From Lama glama (lineage: Eukaryota): DNA of 64,000 nucleotides. This document shows positions 14,481 to 26,976 of the stretch, piece after piece. How positions within the stretch are numbered: the first letter of the stretch is position 1; every line of letters begins with the position of its first letter. The stretch covers positions 27,406,001-27,470,000 of the forward strand of contig CM052816.1 in NCBI GenBank assembly GCA_028534125.1, read 5' to 3'. The notes below the pieces were generated by a model. The model did not search any database. It was not told the DNA's origin and was given only the letters and a program-made list of their open reading frames with translations. The position numbers were made by a program, and so were the translations under genes.

Positions 14481-15354
14481 AAAGTTTTCTACTACCATTT
14501 TGTTTATTCATCAGGCCATTATGCCGTGCACTTTGATCATCTAGCCAATCTATTAGATTTTTTTTCACACCAGTAATTTTTTCTGCTTTTAATGTTTTGC
14601 ATCTCCTTTCTTTGCCATCTTCTTCTTTGACATTAGAAAAAAATACAGACTATTTTAAGTTCAAAAAGCCATTTCAGTTACAGTTTTAAATAATATGCTT
14701 CGACCTATGGTTCTCAATGTATCAACTTTCATTTAAAGTACAGCTATTTCTCCTCACTTTGAGAACTTAGGAAATAAATGTTAATTTTGGCAATCATCAT
14801 TTTAGTTTCTAAGTGCTTACGCTCAGCTCCCTCGTTCCAAACCTAGAAGGGCTGATGCCCAAATTGTCTTATTATTAATTTGTGCCATAATTGTACATTT
14901 TGACAACTGTACAACTGCAAAAGTTGGTGGTCTGAAGAACTATGTATTAGACTGCTAAAAATGGAGACAAGGAACTAACAACCTGCAATAACTGTTCAAG
15001 GACACACATTTTTTAACTTAAATTTCTAATATGCCACTTTATCTCATTACCTGGACTGACAAGAGAGAGTGTTTCAAAACTGAAAACTGTTAATATGAAT
15101 GACTCCCACCCTTCAGTGGCTGCAACCATTGTATTATTTTCAGTCCCCCTCATTAAAATGCAAAAGAGGGAAACGTAGTCAGTCTTATTCTCATACAAAC
15201 AATGAAAGCAAATCCACTGGAGGATAATATGCCACTCAATTCTGACAGCAGAAACCTATTCTATATTGGTTAAGCAACCATGTAGCCGAATTCCTTTCTT
15301 ATTTTCTGAATTATAATATTCCTTATGGCATTATATTAAAAATTAACCAAAGAT

Positions 15355-15800
15355 TTCCAGAAGGAAATCTACGTCAGTATGACACCTGCACTCCAATGTT
15401 CATAGCAGCACTATTTACAATAGCCAAAACATGGAAACAGCCTAAATGTCCATCAATAGCTGACTGGATAAAGAAGATGTGGTATATTTATACAATGGAA
15501 TACTACTCAGCCATAAAAACCGACGACATAACGCCATTTGCAGCAACATGGATGCTCCTAGAGAATGTCATTCTAAGTGAAGTAAACCAGAAAGAGAAAG
15601 AAAAATACCATATGAGATCGCTCATATGTGGAATCTAAAGACTCATGGACAGAGAATACAGACTTCTGGTTACCAGGGGGGTAGAGGGTGGGAAGGGATA
15701 GACTGGGATTTCAAAATTGTAGAATAGATAAACAAGATTACACTGTATAGCACAGGGAAATATACACAAAATGTTATGATAAATCACAGAGAAAAAAAAA
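15355..15800 (+). mobile_element. Young 5'-truncated LINE-1 3' end (camelid type) with TSD
   Basis: ORF 15396-15638 MFIAALFTIAKTWKQPKCPS..DWIKKMWYIYTMEYYSAIK is the L1 ORF2 C-terminus; direct repeat aaaaattaacc at 15338-15348 and 15796-15806, at a tt/aaaa site. Confidence 0.93.
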
Positions 15801-16548
15801 TTAACCCACAGCAGAGGAGTAAGGGAGGAGAATGGGAATGAAGCATATTTTCTCACCCACCCAAATTGTAGCCAACTGGCAGAAAATACGGAACATGCCA
15901 GCATGTCCCCAGCTCTAGCTCAAGGGGAAAGTAATAGTCTCCGTTCCACCTAGTCTTCAAGCACCGGGATGAATTCTGAGAATCATAACTTTTTCTGTGC
16001 AAGTTTGCCTTTCGGGGTGTGTGTGTGTGTGCGCGTGCGCCAGCTGAAATGTAGGGTTTCAGTCCGTCTGTTCATATGTAATCATCATTTCCACTTTATT
16101 CTTACACTGAATTTTGGACCCTTATGGTGCCTCATGCCTGCTTTAATTAGCCAAAGTATCAGGATCAGGAGACTCTTATTCTTCTAAGGGATTTCTCCAT
16201 GTGGTAAGGCTAAGAAGTTTGCATGGCAACAGATGATTTAGGAGCAATGCCTGTCTTTTCTCTCTGCTTTGGAAACTTTAAGGTTCTTTCTTTTTATCTT
16301 CTTTTTCCTGTTGCTGTTAAAATTTATTAACTATATATAAAGTATTAGAAATTGTTTGGATCTGCTTATGATTTTGGTCTAGCAAATGTATAATCCCCAA
16401 TGAAGAATATATTAAAAGAAAAGTTCTTTCCAAAACTGTAGTAATCAGATGTTAGTTAGCATGAATAGCTTTTGGCTTGGCAGGAAACCTTGTCCCTTCA
16501 TCCCATCTTTTTCACTTAAGCTATAAACTTCAAGAGTAATTTATTTCC

Positions 16549-17016
16549 TTTATCAGTCAGGGTCCTTGTAAGAAACAGCTGGCACATTCAAACTGGTTAA
16601 TTTGAGGATCCTTTAAAAAGCAACGTTTACAAAGGTGGGAGCAAGGTATAGAGAAACCAAAGGGATGGAGAGTACTTGGGGTGAGGAACACTAGGGAACC
16701 ACTCCCACCCGAGGCTGGAGAAGGCAAGAGGAGGGCATGACTACTAGAATAGAGGAGGAAAGGAGGTGAAGAAGGCCCCTCAAAAGAGCTTCCGTTTCGG
16801 TACTTGGCCAGCCCAGATCAACCTGCATGGAGGAAATGGAAATAGATGGCGGAACCTCCCTCTCCTTATCCCTCAGGTCTCCTGCTGGCGCTCCCGTTGG
16901 TCAACCCTACCAGATCTCAGGGGACAAGCAAGCCCATGATGCGGAGTGTTAAGTCAGCCTTTGGTGTGCAGAGCATGGAAGAAAGGGTGAAGGGGCAACT
17001 GGAAGAGATCTGGCAC
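16549..17016. mobile_element. ERVL-class solo LTR (LTR33-like)
   Basis: Begins tatcagtcagggtcc...gaaacagctggcacattcaaactgg and ends gaaggggcaactggaagagatctggcaca. Confidence 0.6.
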
Positions 17017-17338
17017 ATTTCTATTAAAATCAACCAATATCTATTCAACAACTACATGTGAGGAATTCCTCATTTCCTAAATTTCATCATCTACATGAAT
17101 TGGAATCCAAGGAGAATTTTCCCATGGAACTTGAGTCTTTAGGTTGTACGAGACTGCTGTGATAAAGTGAAAGTAGACAGATATGTGGTGTCATAAGATG
17201 CGAATTCCAGTACTGACTTCAGCACATGTGAGTTGATAAGTCACTGCTAATCTCTTGTACTCAATGGTATCTGTCGGTATGGTGATGACAGTCACATCTT
17301 TTTAAATTTTGTCACTGGCTTGTTGCTAGTATAAAGTT

Positions 17339-17458
17339 TTTTTGGGGGGTTAATTAGGTTTATTTATTATTTTTTTAATGGAGGTACTGATGATTAAACC
17401 CAAGATTTTGTGCATGCCAAGCACATACTCTACCACAGATCTATATTCTGTTCTCCTT
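17339..17458 (-). mobile_element. tRNA-Ala-derived camelid SINE (vic-1 type)
   Basis: Antisense of tRNA-Ala-like head + aataaacctaatta...ccccc tail; TSD tagtataaagtt at 17327-17338 and 17459-17470. Confidence 0.88.
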
Positions 17459-17677
17459 TAGTATAAAGTTATCTAGGATATAAGAAAATACTCATGAACT
17501 CTAATGAACTTTGATTTTAATTTACTTTGGAAAAATTTCTGTGAAACCATGACATTTTCAATCTCTTCACAAGTCAAACTTTCTTCCTTTGAAAAGGAGG
17601 TACACTTGTCAAAGTTGGTGGGTTGTTTAACAGTTTAGACATTTGTATCTTACAGAAGTAAATGAGTGCTTAGAGCG

Positions 17678-17702
17678 CACACACACACACACACACACAC
17701 AC
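17678..17702. repeat. (CA)n microsatellite
   Basis: Direct reading. Confidence 0.95.
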
Positions 17703-18009
17703 CTTGCCCAGGGAATTCCCAATTTCCTTCATCACATCAAGGAAATCTTATAAATAATGTCATATAGAGAGAGACTGCTTTGCTCATGAATTACATACAG
17801 TTACCTCCAGAGAGAGGGTCTGGCTTGCCAAGAGTACTGCTGATTTGGCTTTCACTAGGGAAGTAGAGATGATGCAACAGGCATTGCATTAAGGACCTTT
17901 GGGTATTGTCTTCCTAGCTCTCTCCCTCTGGAACTCTGAGCTGGTTCCAGAGGTTATAGAAAGCCACGGAAAATACACTCCATAGGTATTTTGGGATGTA
18001 TGCTCTGGG

Positions 18010-19420
18010 ACTAGTCCAGCAACAAGAGAGTATCTTAATTTGGGAGACTTTAAAAAACCTTTCTTGGAAATATAAGTAGACAAAAATTTATGCATCAAGT
18101 AAACCAAAAGATGCAATAAAAAAAGCAAAACAAACAAAAACTCATAAAGGACAGAAAAAAGAAAGAAGCCAAGACAGGAAAAACTAGCCTCTTTGAAATT
18201 TAAAACCACATGAAAAATGATAATGATATTAGTAATAATAATAAATCTAGGCTGAAAGTATTTAATAAAGTAAAAATTAAATATAAGTGAACCAAATACT
18301 CAACATAAACTAGAGAAGGAATGAAAAACACACCTAAAGAAAGTAGAAGACGTGTCAAAATATAGAAATAGAAATTAATTAATCAGAAAATAATAGCACA
18401 TAGAATATACATTTAAAGTTAAATGTTGTCTCTTGGAAAATACCAATAAAGGAAACAAACCTTTTCTAACAAGAATTTTAAAAATTAGAATGATAAAGAG
18501 ATCAAAACTATAAATATAGGATTTTTTTTAAAAATAAGAGAACATCTTCACACGAAGTAATTTTTAAAATTAGAATGTTGAGTCTTCTAGAAAAGATGTA
18601 AATTAATAAGATTTCATCAAGAAGTTAAAAACAGAATAGACCAGTAGCATAGACAAAATGGTAAATACAGACAAAAGCCAGGACCAGAACATTTTATGGG
18701 TGGATTCTACAAAATCAGACCAGGATATTAGGATACAACAGACCCTGTCTTACAAAGTTAAATGCAAAACCCCTAGGTTTAATATTAGCATTTTTTTGTT
18801 GAGGTGTAATTCACATTCAGCATTATCTAATTTCAGGTGTACAACCTAATGATTCAGTATTTGCATATACTGCAAAATGATCACCACAGTAAGTCTAGTT
18901 AACATCTGTCACCATACACAGTTGTAGAAAATATTAGCACTTTCAGTAAAGAACTTCCTTAAAGGAATAATATACAGCATGATCAAAAAATGATGTAACA
19001 TAGTATTGCTAAATATTGGAAAAGTAATAGACAAATAGGTTAAAGGAGCAGTACAGGGAATACAGAATCCAGAAATGCACGTATCTGTGTGTGGATACAA
19101 TGGAGTATGGAAAAAGTGGTGTTGGAACAACTGACTGTCCTTTAAAAATGGTTAGATTCCTACTTCAGACAATTTTTGAAAATGCAGCTCAAATAACAAG
19201 TTAAGTATGAAACAAGAATAACATACATTATGACCAAAAAAAGGACTTAAGTAATAATGCTAGATATTGGAAAATTAATAATCAAATTGATGATAGAACA
19301 GAATGGACAATCCAAAAACAAATTCTTGTGGGAAAATGATGTACTATAGAATAAATGGTACTTGAAGAATTAATCATCTATTAAAGTGAAAAAAATAAAG
19401 TTAGATCTCTATTTCCCCAG
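18010..19420 (+). mobile_element. Fragments of old LINE-1 ORF2
   Basis: A-rich sequence with L1 words (aaactagagaaggaa...cacctaaagaaagtagaag, tcttggaaaataccaataaa, aaaagtggtgttggaacaactg). Confidence 0.6.
18791..18925 (-). mobile_element. Short L1 3' terminal fragment nested antisense in the older L1
   Basis: ttttttgttgaggtgtaattcaca...tttcaggtgtacaacctaatgattcagtatttg...aaatgatcaccacagtaagtctagttaacatc is an antisense L1 3' end. Confidence 0.8.
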
Positions 19421-19533
19421 CATCTTGTAGCCCATGCTAAAAAGTTAAAAAATGTATTTTATTTGGCTTCATAAGTAAGCTTAAAATAAAACAAACAAAA
19501 GAATTTCGAGAATGTTAAAAGAAGCAAGATAGA

Positions 19534-19538
<5 letters not shown>

Positions 19539-19573
<35 letters not shown>
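19539..19573. repeat. (TG)17 microsatellite
   Basis: Direct reading. Confidence 0.95.
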
Positions 19574-19575
<2 letters not shown>

Positions 19576-19679
19576 ATATATATATATGTATTTGTATTCT
19601 TAGGATAAAAAAGAACTAATTGGAAAAAACACAAAATGCAGAATTCCTGGTGAAAAGAAAGTTTTTCTACATGAAACTC

Positions 19680-22060
19680 ATGAAACTTTTGGGATGTTTC
19701 AATATTGGCCTGGCACAAAAGCTCCATCCACATATGCCCCATTTCTCTCACTGATTATGACTGACAACTCTGGGCAAAATACAAAAAGCAACAATTTGAA
19801 GACTCTGAAAAGTAGACAAAAGAAGGCAGATTGTGTAGAAAGGAGTCAAAACTTGGAGATGTGATTGCACAGGGATAAGTCATTTTTTCTCTCTTCTCCT
19901 TGGGCTCTGCCCCCATGACGGCCCTGGTCTCAGAGCACTGCACAGCAGCAGCCATTCTGGAAGTAGCTGAAACTCCAAGAAACAGACCATATTTCTGGCC
20001 AGAGGAATGAGGAAGATGAGTGTTCAGGGGCTGGAGTGAGAGGAGAATCCCAGAGGGGAGGGCTGGAGAGGAACATGCCCGGATTCTTCGTGTGAATCTG
20101 CACAATCTCAGGTTCAGCCCTGATGTACGGGAGATGTTGACACCCATCTCTCAGGAAATGACAGAACAATGAGACAGAAACTCTGTACAGATACAGACGA
20201 TGTGAACAACACTATCAACCATCTTGATCTCATTTATAGAACGCTACATTCAAAAACTGGAGAATACTACACATTTTTTCCCCAAGTGCTCACAGAACAC
20301 TGACAAAGACAGACCATATGTGAAGCCATATAACATGTTTTTCATAAAATTAAAAGAATCAAAATTATACAAAGTTAATTCTCTGACCATAAAGGAATTC
20401 AATTAGAAATCAATAACAATAACATATCAAAAGAAAATCCTAATTATCTGGAAGGTAAATAACAGTCACAGGTTAAAGATGAAATCAGAGGGATAGTTAG
20501 AGAAGATCTGAACTGAATGACGATGAAAATACAACATGTCAAAATTTGTGGGATGCTGCTAAGTCAGTGGTGGGAGGGAAAAGTTGCTTTAAATAGTTAT
20601 ATTAGCAAGACAAGGAGGAAGGTATAGCTCAGTGGTAGAGCATATGCTTAGAATGCACAAGGTCCTGGGTTCAATCCACAGTACCGCCTCTAAAAATAAA
20701 TAAAACTAATTACCTCCCTCCCCCACCCCTCAATAGAAAACTAAAAAAAAGGAAAAAAAATCTAAAAGCAATGACTTTAGTTTGATTTCAAAAAAACTAG
20801 AAAAAGAAGAGCAAAGTAAACCCAAAGTAGGCAGAAGGAAAGAAATAACAGAGATAAGAACAGAAATCAATGAAACGGAAAATGGACAATAGAGAAACTG
20901 CTTAGCAAAGCCAAAAACTGGCTCTTTGAAAAGATCAAAATTGACAAAACTCTAGCAAGTTTGAGCAAGAAAAAAGAGATATTATAAATCACCAGTATTA
21001 GTAATGAAAAAGGAGTTATCAACACTAAAAATATGAAAGAACAATAAGCGAGTGCTATGAATAACTTTATCTTAAAAAATTGGAGTATTGAAATGAAGAA
21101 ATACATGTCCAAAAAATACGACATTATCAAAAGTGACTTAAGAAAAAAATAAATGATATAAATAACTCTGTATCTATTAAAGCCACTTGTTTTGTTATAA
21201 AAATTTTTCTCAAAAGGAGAAATCCAGGCCTAGATAATTTCACTGATAAATAATATAAAACACTGGAGAAAGAAATAACACATCAATCCTATTCAAATAT
21301 ACAAAAAAATAGAGGAAGGGGGACCACTGTCCAATCATTTAGTAAAGCAAATATGTATGTTCAATTGATTTTTGGCAATGCTGCCAGTGCAATTCAGTGG
21401 GAAAAGGAATTTTTTTTTAACTAACATTGTAGAATCAAATGGATATCCAGAGGGAAAAGGTGAGCATCAGCCCTCACATCACATCATACCCACCAGGTAA
21501 CTCAAAAAGGATCATAGATGCCAATTTAACACACAAAACAAGAACATTTCTTGAAAAAAGCATAAGAGAAAATCTTTGCAACATTGTGGTAGACAGATAT
21601 TTCCTAAATAGAATACTGAAAGTATGAAGCATGAAGGAAACATTAATAAGTTGGATCTCTTCAAAATTGAAAACTTTTTCTTATTAAAAGACACCAATGA
21701 GAAAACAAAAAGGCAAGGCATGGATGATGAGAGACTACTGGCAAACCAGGTATCAGACAAAGGACTTGTATCCAGAATACATAAAGCACTCTTATAGCTC
21801 ATCTGTAAAGACTAAAAGCCCAGTAATAACATGGAAAATTTGAAGAGCTGCTTTATGAAAGAAACTATACAAATGGCTAATAAGCACGTGAAACGATGAT
21901 CAGTATCATTAGTCATCAGGGAAATATCACAATGAGATATAACTGTATACTCACTAGAATAGCTAAAATTAACAAAAACTGACCATACCAAGTGTTGGTT
22001 AAAATGTGGAACAACTCTTAAACTACATTGGCGAGCACATAAAATGGTACAATTATAGCA
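19680..22060 (+). mobile_element. Old LINE-1 with large internal deletions (5' region, EN domain and C-terminal ORF2 pieces)
   Basis: L1 ORF2 endonuclease/linker words (aattctctgaccataaagg, gaactgaatgacgatgaaaatacaacatgtcaaaatttgtgggatgc, aaaactggctctttgaaaagatc) and C-terminal words (aggacttgtatccagaatacataaag, caaatggctaataagcac). Confidence 0.85.
20614..20750 (+). mobile_element. tRNA-Ala-derived camelid SINE (vic-1 type) inserted into L1
   Basis: ggtatagctcagtggtagagcatatgcttagaatgcacaaggtcctgggttcaatcc (Pol III A/B boxes) followed by aataaataaaactaattacctccc and an A-rich tail. Confidence 0.9.
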
Positions 22061-22238
22061 GAAAAAAAAAACCAAAACTAAGTGGTGAGCCCTAGCCACC
22101 TGTTTCCATTCACAGTGAACCCTCTTAAAAGAATCTATATTTGTTCTCCAAATTCTCAGGCTCCAGTACTACTCAAGTCAAGCTTTTTAATCCTTATCAC
22201 TTCCCTTATGCTTCTTTTGCCAAAAAGACCAATGTCCT

Positions 22239-22593
22239 TGCTATAGACTGAGTATTTGTGTCCCTCCAAAATTCATTTGCTGAAATCCTAACCCCTACTG
22301 TGATAGTATTAGGAAGTGAGGGATTTGGGAGGTAACTATGTCATGCATTGGATTGTTGCCCTTATAAAAGAGACCTCACAGAGTGTCCCCTGGGGACCCT
22401 TTCCACCCTGTGAGGATATAGCAAGAAGCCCACAGTCTGTGAACCAGGAAGGGGGTTCTCAGCAGAGAGTCTGTCTGTGCCTTGATCTTGAACTCTCTAG
22501 CTTCCAGAAATGGGACAAAGAAATTTCTTATTTATGTTGCTCATCAGCCACACGGCCTATAGTCTTCTGTCTTAGCCTAAGTGGACTCAGATA
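22239..22593 (+). mobile_element. MaLR 5' LTR (MLT1A/B-like)
   Basis: tgctatagactgagtatttgtgtccctccaaaattcat...gcccttataaaagag...ccttgatcttgaact...tagcctaagtggactcagata. Confidence 0.85.
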
Positions 22594-23790
22594 GAAATTG
22601 TTACCAACAGTGAGGTGTTGCGATTACCAACAGTGAGGTGTTGTGATTACAAACACCTAAAAGTGTAGAAACAGCTTTGGAATTGGATAATGAGTGAAAG
22701 GCTGGAAGGGTTTTGAGGTGCATGCTAGAAACAGCTTACATTGCTATGAACAGACCATTAAGGGTGACTCTGGTAAGAGCTCAGAAGGAGAGGAGGAGAG
22801 CTCTAGAGAAAGCCTCAGTCTTCTTCAAGAATACCTGCGTAATGCTGACCAGAATGTTGGTAGAAATATGGACTATAAACCCCATTCTGATGAGGTCTCA
22901 GATGGAAATGAACACGTTATTGAAAACTGGAGAAAAGGTGATCCTTGTTATAATGTGTCTAATAATCTGATTAAATTGTGTCCCTGTGCTAGTGTTTTGT
23001 GGAAGACAGAACTTGTGAGCAATGAAGTAGAATATTTAGCTGAAGTATTTCTAAGCAAAGCATCAAAGATGTGGCTTGGTTCCTTCTGAATGCTTATAGG
23101 AAAATGTGAGAAGACAGAAATGACTTAAAGATGGAATTGTTAAGCAAAAAGGAAGAAGAACTTAGAGATTTGAAAAATTCTCAGCCTATCCGTATTGTAA
23201 AAAAGTGAGAAAGTGTATTTAAGAGAGAACACTAAGGGTGTGGCCAAGCAACTCTGATAAAGAGATTAGTATGTGTGTGCACCATGGATTTCATCAGTAA
23301 CCTCAGCAGGAAAACGGCCAGCTGAACTGAAGAGGAAGGAGGTGGGAAGAACAAAGGGAGACCACTGGACTTCTGGGATTTTACAAGACAGAGCACTAGA
23401 GCCATATGATTATGAATGTGCACTGTTCTTTGAGACCAAGGAAGAATAACTCTAAAGGCAATTCAGAGATCATCAGGGCTGCCTCCTTGGTTTCAGAAGT
23501 GAGGACTATCATCTCACTTTCAATATGCCAGATGGCTTCTGTCCAAAGCCATAGGGGTAGGGTTGCCCAGAGCCTTGAGGGCCCCATCCAGGTGTGGCAA
23601 AGCTTCAGGGCCAAGACTGCCACCCTAGTGGGTCCACAGAATGGAACTTCTGCCCCAGAGTGTCTGGAAGGTGGGACCTTGGCCTTAAGATCTCATAGAA
23701 CTTGCCTTGTAGTTTGGACTTATTTGGGGCCTCTTATCCATTTTTTCTTTCCTTTTCTCCCTTTAGAAATGGAAGTGTCTACCAACCCTG
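22594..23790 (+). mobile_element. MaLR internal region (MLT1-int), 3'-truncated
   Basis: Directly follows the LTR; ORF 22694-23089 resembles the MaLR internal ORF (GWK.FE...L......DEVSDGNE.VI.NWRKG..CY...L..LC.C...LW..EL...YLAE). Confidence 0.85.
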
Positions 23791-23799
23791 ACCGTCTCA

Positions 23800-24160
23800 T
23801 AGTTCCTGTCAGGCCACACGTGGTCCTGCCATAGGACCTTGACAATGGCTGCTCTGTCTCCAAGTCTCCTCCCCTGATCTTGGAATGGACTCCATTCTCT
23901 TCTCTAAGTTTCATTCTCAAATATCTCACAAGATACTTCCCTGAGGACTCTGTCCAAAAAGAACTCCCAACACTCTCATCACTCTTAGTATCTTAGTCTC
24001 CTGTCCTGCCTTGTTTTTTTTTTTTCAAAAAAAATTTTATTTTATTCCCCCTCTCACCCCTTCAATGAAAGCCCCAAGAGTTCAGGGATTTTGTGTTTCC
24101 CATTTACTGTTACATTCCCAGTGTCTGGAATATGGCAGGTACTCAATAAATACTTGTTTT
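23800..24160 (+). mobile_element. LINE-2 3' fragment
   Basis: cagggattttgtg...ttactgttacattcccagtgtctggaa...ggtactcaataaatacttgtt is an L2 3' end. Confidence 0.7.
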
Positions 24161-24203
24161 CTGTTGGTTTAAGACCAGCACTATTTATTTTTTAAAGAGA
24201 GTT

Positions 24204-24553
24204 ATGTGGTGTACTCTGATTCTCAAACATTTTATCCCTTCCTACTCGGGGACTGATTATACCTTCTTCCCTGTGGAAGTCAGGCACAGCTGTGGGACCC
24301 TCCCTGGGCAGAAGTTTAAGAGTCTGCACGTGGTTAACCATGCCTTCTTCACCACTCCACCTCAATCACCAGCCATGTTCTACACAGAGGCTCTTCTGTC
24401 AGCCTGAGCCCCAGAGAAAATGCTGCAGAGCAAAGCCACTGTCCATCACACGCATCTGTGGAGTGGGCAGTAAATGAATTTTGCTGTATTAAGGCACTGA
24501 GACTTGGGGGTTGTTTGTTTCCAAAGTTTAACCTAATTTATCCTGATTAGTAC
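24204..24553 (+). mobile_element. MaLR solo LTR (MLT1I/J-like)
   Basis: gggcagaagtttaagagt...ttttgctgtattaaggcactgagacttgggggttgtttgtt...aacctaatttatcctgattagtaca. Confidence 0.7.
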
Positions 24554-25244
24554 AGACCCCTATGCAACCACGGACAAAGAGAGGGCCCAAAAGTTCCCGA
24601 AATGTGTTTGACAAATTACCTAAGTTTGCCTGACCTTTTTTTTCAGTAAAAAAGACTTCATTTAATTAGTATATACTTTTGCATAGAAAAAGTTACGAAG
24701 TAATACAAAAAAGACTAGGTCCAGTAATTTTAAAGCAAATATTTAAAAGTATAATTTTGCATAATGTTTAACATTCTCATAATGTTTACTGCTTTCTCTA
24801 CATAGCAGAGAAATGAAGTGCATAATAATACATGCTGTGTTTTTAGCTTTCAATCATAAAATCTCACGTGCTCAATTTCAAAGTATTAAGAGATTATTTT
24901 GTCATCAAACAAAATAAAACCAACAAAACCAAAACACCATTATGTAGCACTAGTCTAGGCATGGACCAAAATAATTTATGTACATCCCATTGCATACATT
25001 CATATAGATTTGGGATCCTCCTCAACAATCTAGTGCTTTGCCACCACAACATTTTCTTTGAAAAGATAAAATTAAACAAGCAATAGCACTGGGAGATTTA
25101 TCTTGGCATGATTGGAAGTTATTATTTTATTTCTTCATGTTTTCACAAAAAAGCATTCTAGAAAAAAGTAAGTAAAGTAGATCACAGTTTTAAAAACTGT
25201 TTCCCAAAGATGGTAGAGCTTAAAAGTGAGTAAGAAACTTATAA

Positions 25245-25375
25245 ATAACACTGATTCTAAAGATTTGCCTCAGGCCAACTGAATAAGAATCCCTGGGACT
25301 GGTGTCTTCAAATTTGCATTATTTTTAGAGTTCCCCAACTGATTATAAGGTAGTTAATCCAAAAACCAGAGGTAA
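25245..25375. mobile_element. MER5-type hAT fragment
   Basis: actgaataagaatccctggg...aatttgcattatttttagagttccccaactgatt. Confidence 0.5.
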
Positions 25376-25476
25376 AAGTCTCTGTACTTACAACCATAGG
25401 ACATAGACGGAGGTATACAGACCATCAAGAGTCTCTACTCTACGCCACTTAAAAACACACCCAAAGGTATGGCTTC

Positions 25477-26183
25477 CACTGCTGGTGGGAATGCAGTTTG
25501 GTGCAGCCACTATGGAAAATAGTATGGAGATTCCTCAAAAGGACTAGGAATAGACTTACCGTATGACCCCGCTCCTGGGCATATATCCAGAAGGAAACCT
25601 ACTTCAGGATGACACCTGCACCCCAATGTTCATAGCAGCACTATTTACAATTGCCAAGACATGGAAACAGCCTAAATGTCCATCAACGGATGACTGGATA
25701 AAGAAGATGTGGTATATTTATACAGTGGAATACTATTCAGCCATAAAAACTGACAACATAACACCATTTGCAGCAACATGGATGCTCCTGAAGAATGTCA
25801 TTCTAAGTGAAGCAAGCCAGAAAGAGAAACAAAAATACCATATGAGATTGCTCATATGTGGAATCTAAAAAAGAAAAACAAAAAAAACAAAGCATAAATA
25901 CAAAACAGAAAAAGACTCATAGACATAGAATACAAACTTGTGGTTGCCAAGGGGGTGGGGGGTGGGAAGGGATAGATGAGATTTCAAAATTGTAGAATAG
26001 GTAAACAAGATTCTACTGTACAGCACAGGGAAATATATAGAAGATCTTATGGTAGCTCACAGAGAAAAAATGTGACAATGAATATATGTATGTTCATGTA
26101 TAACTGAAAATTGTGCTCTACACTGGAATTTGACACAACATTGTAAAATGATTATAAATCAATAAAAAATGTTTTAAAAAAAA
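25477..26183 (+). mobile_element. Young 5'-truncated LINE-1 with complete 3' UTR, poly(A) and TSD
   Basis: ORF 25563-25868 is the L1 ORF2 C-terminus; ends aataaaaaatgtttt + A-tail; TSD aaa(g/a)gtatggcttc at ~25463-25476 and ~26180-26193. Confidence 0.95.
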
Positions 26184-26548
26184 GTATGGCTTCTGTAATT
26201 CCTCACTGAATTGCAACGCTTCAAATTGTCAATGGGAATTTTTGTAAGACAATTTTCTAAAGAAAATACTTGCTTTCGTTTCAATGATCATTAAATGGAA
26301 ATGGGTTACTCTACACAAAATTCTCAAGGCAGCCTCACTCATATCCACTCTTCTAGAATTAGAGAGAGCTAAGAATTCTATTATAAACCCAATACAATTG
26401 TTTTCTGTTTAGATACTGTGAGACTGACTTGAATCTGGCAGGAGGATTTCCTTTATTAATACAATATGACTAGGTTGCTTACATTATTTTATAAACTATA
26501 ACTCAGATAAAGTAGAAACAGTTACCAAGAATCTTTTAGGAAACATCA

Positions 26549-26976
26549 GAAATAACGCCATTTGCAGCAACATGGATGGACCTACTGATTATCATACTAA
26601 GTGAAGTAAGTAAGTCAGACACAGACAAATATCATATGGTATCACTTATATGTGGAATCTTAAAAAATGACACAAATGAACTTATTTACAAAACAGAAAG
26701 AGACTCACAGACATAGAAACATACTTACGGTTACCAAAGGGGAAAGGAGGTGGGAGGGATAAATTAGGAGTTTGGGATTAGCAGATACAAACTACCATAT
26801 ATAAATTAACAATAAGGTCTTACTATATAGCACAGGGAACTACATTCAATATCTTTTAATAACCTATAATGAAAAAGTATATACATATATATATGAAACT
26901 GAATCACTCTGCTGTATACCAGAAACTAACACAATATTGTAAATCAATCATACCTCAAAAAAAATTTTTTTTGAAA
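26549..26976 (+). mobile_element. Artiodactyl-type LINE-1 3' end
   Basis: gccatttgcagcaacatggatggacct...gaacttatttacaaaacagaaa...tttgggattagcagatacaaactac...; degenerate TSD atctttt(a/t)ggaaaca(t/g)caga at 26531-26550 and 26981-27000. Confidence 0.9.

Noticed and set aside
20618..20690. tRNA-Ala-like sequence as a real tRNA gene
   Set aside because: Stem and anticodon mismatches, followed by the SINE-specific tail; two homologous copies in the window have TSDs
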